Below, one piece after another: positions 61,291 through 64,000 of a stretch of 64,000 nucleotides of DNA. This DNA comes from the human T2T-CHM13v2.0 reference genome, Homo sapiens. Made by a program: the position numbers and the translations under genes. Numbering within the stretch: the stretch's first letter is position 1; each line of letters opens with the position of its first letter. The notes beneath the pieces were generated by a model. That model was not told the origin of the DNA. It made no database searches and was given only the letters and a program-made list of their open reading frames with translations. The stretch lies in NCBI RefSeq assembly GCF_009914755.1, contig NC_060930.1. One strand, 5' to 3'.

Positions 61291-62249
61291 TATTAGAAAT
61301 CCGTGCCTGACCCATGTGTTCCAGGCCTCATCTGCCAGTTGTCTTTTTTTTTACATACCGATTATTTATGGCGTAAATCCCCTTCCTACTCGACTGAAAG
61401 AAATGAACCCCCTTCAAAGTATTTCCAGTTATTTCTAGAAGTTTCCAAAGAAGTTCCCTTGCTCACCAGTCGTTCTTTCACAGTTGCCATCGTCTTCTGC
61501 CCTGTTATTTTGCTTCTGCCCCAGCTCCCACATGTCCAGCTTCTGCTTGCAGGGCCACTTGCTGAGGCTTTGCCGAGGCTGAAACTTTTCCAGGGTCACT
61601 GTCCATCATGAGAACACAGCACATGCCAAGGGTGTTGCCTCTTAGTGTTCCCAAAGAGTCTGGTCCTTGGGAAGCCTCCATTTGGCCTCTGTGGTGCAGA
61701 GAGGAGAATGTCCTTCCCTGGCTCAGCCCCAAATAGCTGGGCTTGTGCCTAGAGCCTCTGAGAGTCTCTTTGACTATTTCCTCAGCTAATTTCACATGTA
61801 AACAAAACAACTCACAGAGGTTCTGCAACCTGCTTCCACCGTCTTTCTAGAAGGAGGTCAGAAAGGGAACAGATGCTTTGCCCTTTTCCCCTCTCCCCTC
61901 CACAGCTCTCCCAACCCCCAAACCCATCTTCCTCTTCTATTTGCTAAACTAAACATTTTATACTTATCAACCACTGTGGGATGGAAGTGGGATGGTCAAG
62001 GAGGGAGGTGAGGTCTAGATGACTTCTGTATATGAGCCAGAGTCCAATCCATTTATATATGAATGACTCCTAGTACAATATCTGACACAAAGTGGATTCT
62101 CAATGGTTGATGAATACTATTATCACGTAAATAGGAAACCACATTTCCTACCATTTAGATAGTATAAGTTCTTCAAAGTTCAATTTATGTGTCATTTCTT
62201 ACCAGAAACCTGGCCCTAATCCCAGTAGGATGAGGTTACTCTTTGCCTC

Positions 62250-62706
62250 TGTATTTGCTTCTTAGGGCTATGGTTATAATATACCAAGAATTGGCTTAAA
62301 ACAACAAAAATTTATTCTCTCACAGTTCTGGAGGCTGGAAGTTTGAAATCAAGACATTGATAGAGCCATCCTCTCTCTGAAGGCTGTAGGGAGAGTCCTT
62401 CCTTGCCCCTTCCCAGCTTCTGGTGGCTCTTGGCAATCCTTGGTGTTCCCTGGCTTAGAGCCGCTTCACTCAAATCTCTGCCTCTGATGTTGCACAGTCA
62501 TCTTCTCCCTGTGTGTCTTTGTTTCCACGTGGCATTCTCTTCCCTTATAAGGCCATCAGTCACAGTGGATTGAGGCCCACTCTAGTAACCTCATTTAACT
62601 TGATTATATCTGCAAAGGCCCTGTTTCCAAATGAAGTCACATTCTGGGATCCTGAGAGTTGGGATTTCAAAATACCTTCTTGGGGGGTGCAATTCCACCC
62701 ACAACA
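62250..62706 (-). mobile_element. MLT1 (A/B/C-like) MaLR LTR
   Basis: GGCTTAAAACAACAAAAATTTATTCTCTCACAGTTCTGGAGGCTGGAAG...TTTCCAAATGAAGTCACATTCTG. Confidence 0.85.
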
Positions 62707-63615
62707 CCCTGCAATAAGATTTTAAAATTGAATAGCAGCAATCTTATTTCTCTTTTGACATCTATCACATCTAGCTTATTTTATAGTAATCTATCTTTTA
62801 TCTCCCCCTACAACACTGAACAGCCCAAGGACAAAACCTGTTTCTGATTCACTTTTGTGTCCCTGACAATACCTACATGTCCCATAATAGGTTTGATAGG
62901 TACTAAGTGACCGGGCTGAGGCTTGCACCCTCCCCTCCTGACTCATGATCAATCCTTCAGACTAGAGCGTGCTGCCACCAGCCTGGTACATGTATTTGTG
63001 AGTTCCTTGGGTTTCAACTCCTTGGTTGATTTATTTTTTGAAAACACTATATATCAGGAAGATGGGTTTGGCTAGCTGAAATAGCTGGTTATAGCTTGCC
63101 TTGGGTGGTTAAATATTTATGTCTTCTGAGAGTGAACAATGGGCTTTACTCTACCAGGGAAATAATCTTGTTTGTCCCCATTTATTGGCTCTTTTTTCCT
63201 CTTTTACATTTTCAGCATCCTAATGATGTCCTTAGTGATAGTTGCTATGGAAGTATTTTAGTGTTTTCTGCAGTGTTGGGTGGTGCAGTACCTGAAGCCT
63301 TCTTTAGTGTGTATTTATAATGACACCAAGCCATGAATTTCATTTTAGTGGTAGCTTTCTTGCTTAATAACTGGTTGTCGTCGGGGGAGTGGTCTGCATT
63401 TATTTTGGCCTCCTGATTTATCGCACTGATTTTTCTTCTCCTTTTCATTGTTCCTGGAGTGCTCGTCATCACTTCAAATACTCAACCCATTATTTCACAG
63501 AATATAATGACAGAGCCAGCCCCATCATTTTATCATTGAATACACTGGTAAACAGTTGCAACCCCTCTAATACCAATGTGATGAGGGGTGATTTAAACTT
63601 GTAAAAGTCAAACGC

Positions 63616-63911
63616 TTTTTTTTTTTTTTTTTTTTTGCGATGGAGCCTCACTCTGTTGCCAGGCTGGAGTGCAGTGGCACAGTCTTGGCTCACGGCAACC
63701 TCCCCCTCCTGAGTTCAAGCGATTCTCCTGCCTCAGCCTCCTGAGTAGCTGGGACTACAGGTGCGCCCCACCAAGCCCAGTTAATTTTTGCATTTTTTAG
63801 TAGATATACGGTTTCACCATCTTGGCCAAGATGGTTCCAATCTCTTGACCTTGTGATCTGCCCACTGGCAGATCTTGTTTGTCCCCATTTATTGGCTGGG
63901 ATTAAAGGCGT
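63616..63911 (-). mobile_element. 5'-truncated AluS carrying a templated insertion
   Basis: Poly-T plus dimer; imperfect TSD GTCAAA(CG/AA)CTTTT at 63607 and 63910. Confidence 0.93.
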
Positions 63912-64000
63912 CAAAAACTTTTAAGAATGTATAGTTTGGAGACTGAGACTCAGTAATGGGTGGAGGAGAGAAAACTGGGATATCTAGAGAATTGGATTGT

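Overview
Primate (almost certainly human) genomic DNA: the 5' part of RAB23 (Rab GTPase, Hedgehog antagonist, Carpenter syndrome gene) on the minus strand, followed by about 42 kb of repeat-rich upstream sequence. Visible RAB23 parts are a CpG-island promoter with a non-coding first exon (two candidate donors, at 21049 and 20752), coding exon 2 (9252-9471, ATG at 9406) and exon 3 (6654-6739), together encoding residues 1-80. The remaining exons lie left of the window. The rest is mostly mobile elements: about 30 Alus, an old ~7 kb L1 with nested insertions, a 5'-inverted L1PA, several solo LTRs, Tigger/hAT fossils, MIR/L2 and microsatellites. Nearly all ORFs in the supplied track are repeat or GC artefacts, and the track misses the real RAB23 exons. 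There is no CRISPR array, rRNA or tRNA, and I found no convincing novel protein system. The most notable observations are: (1) a fold-back plus 26-bp templated insertion in an Alu, copied from 707 bp away with microhomology at both junctions; (2) a MER41 LTR with tandem STAT1 GAS motifs in RAB23 intron 1; (3) a twin-primed L1 missing its entire RT domain; (4) a candidate + strand spliced transcript. Repeat subfamily names come from recalled consensus sequences, not a search, and boundaries without a stated TSD are approximate.
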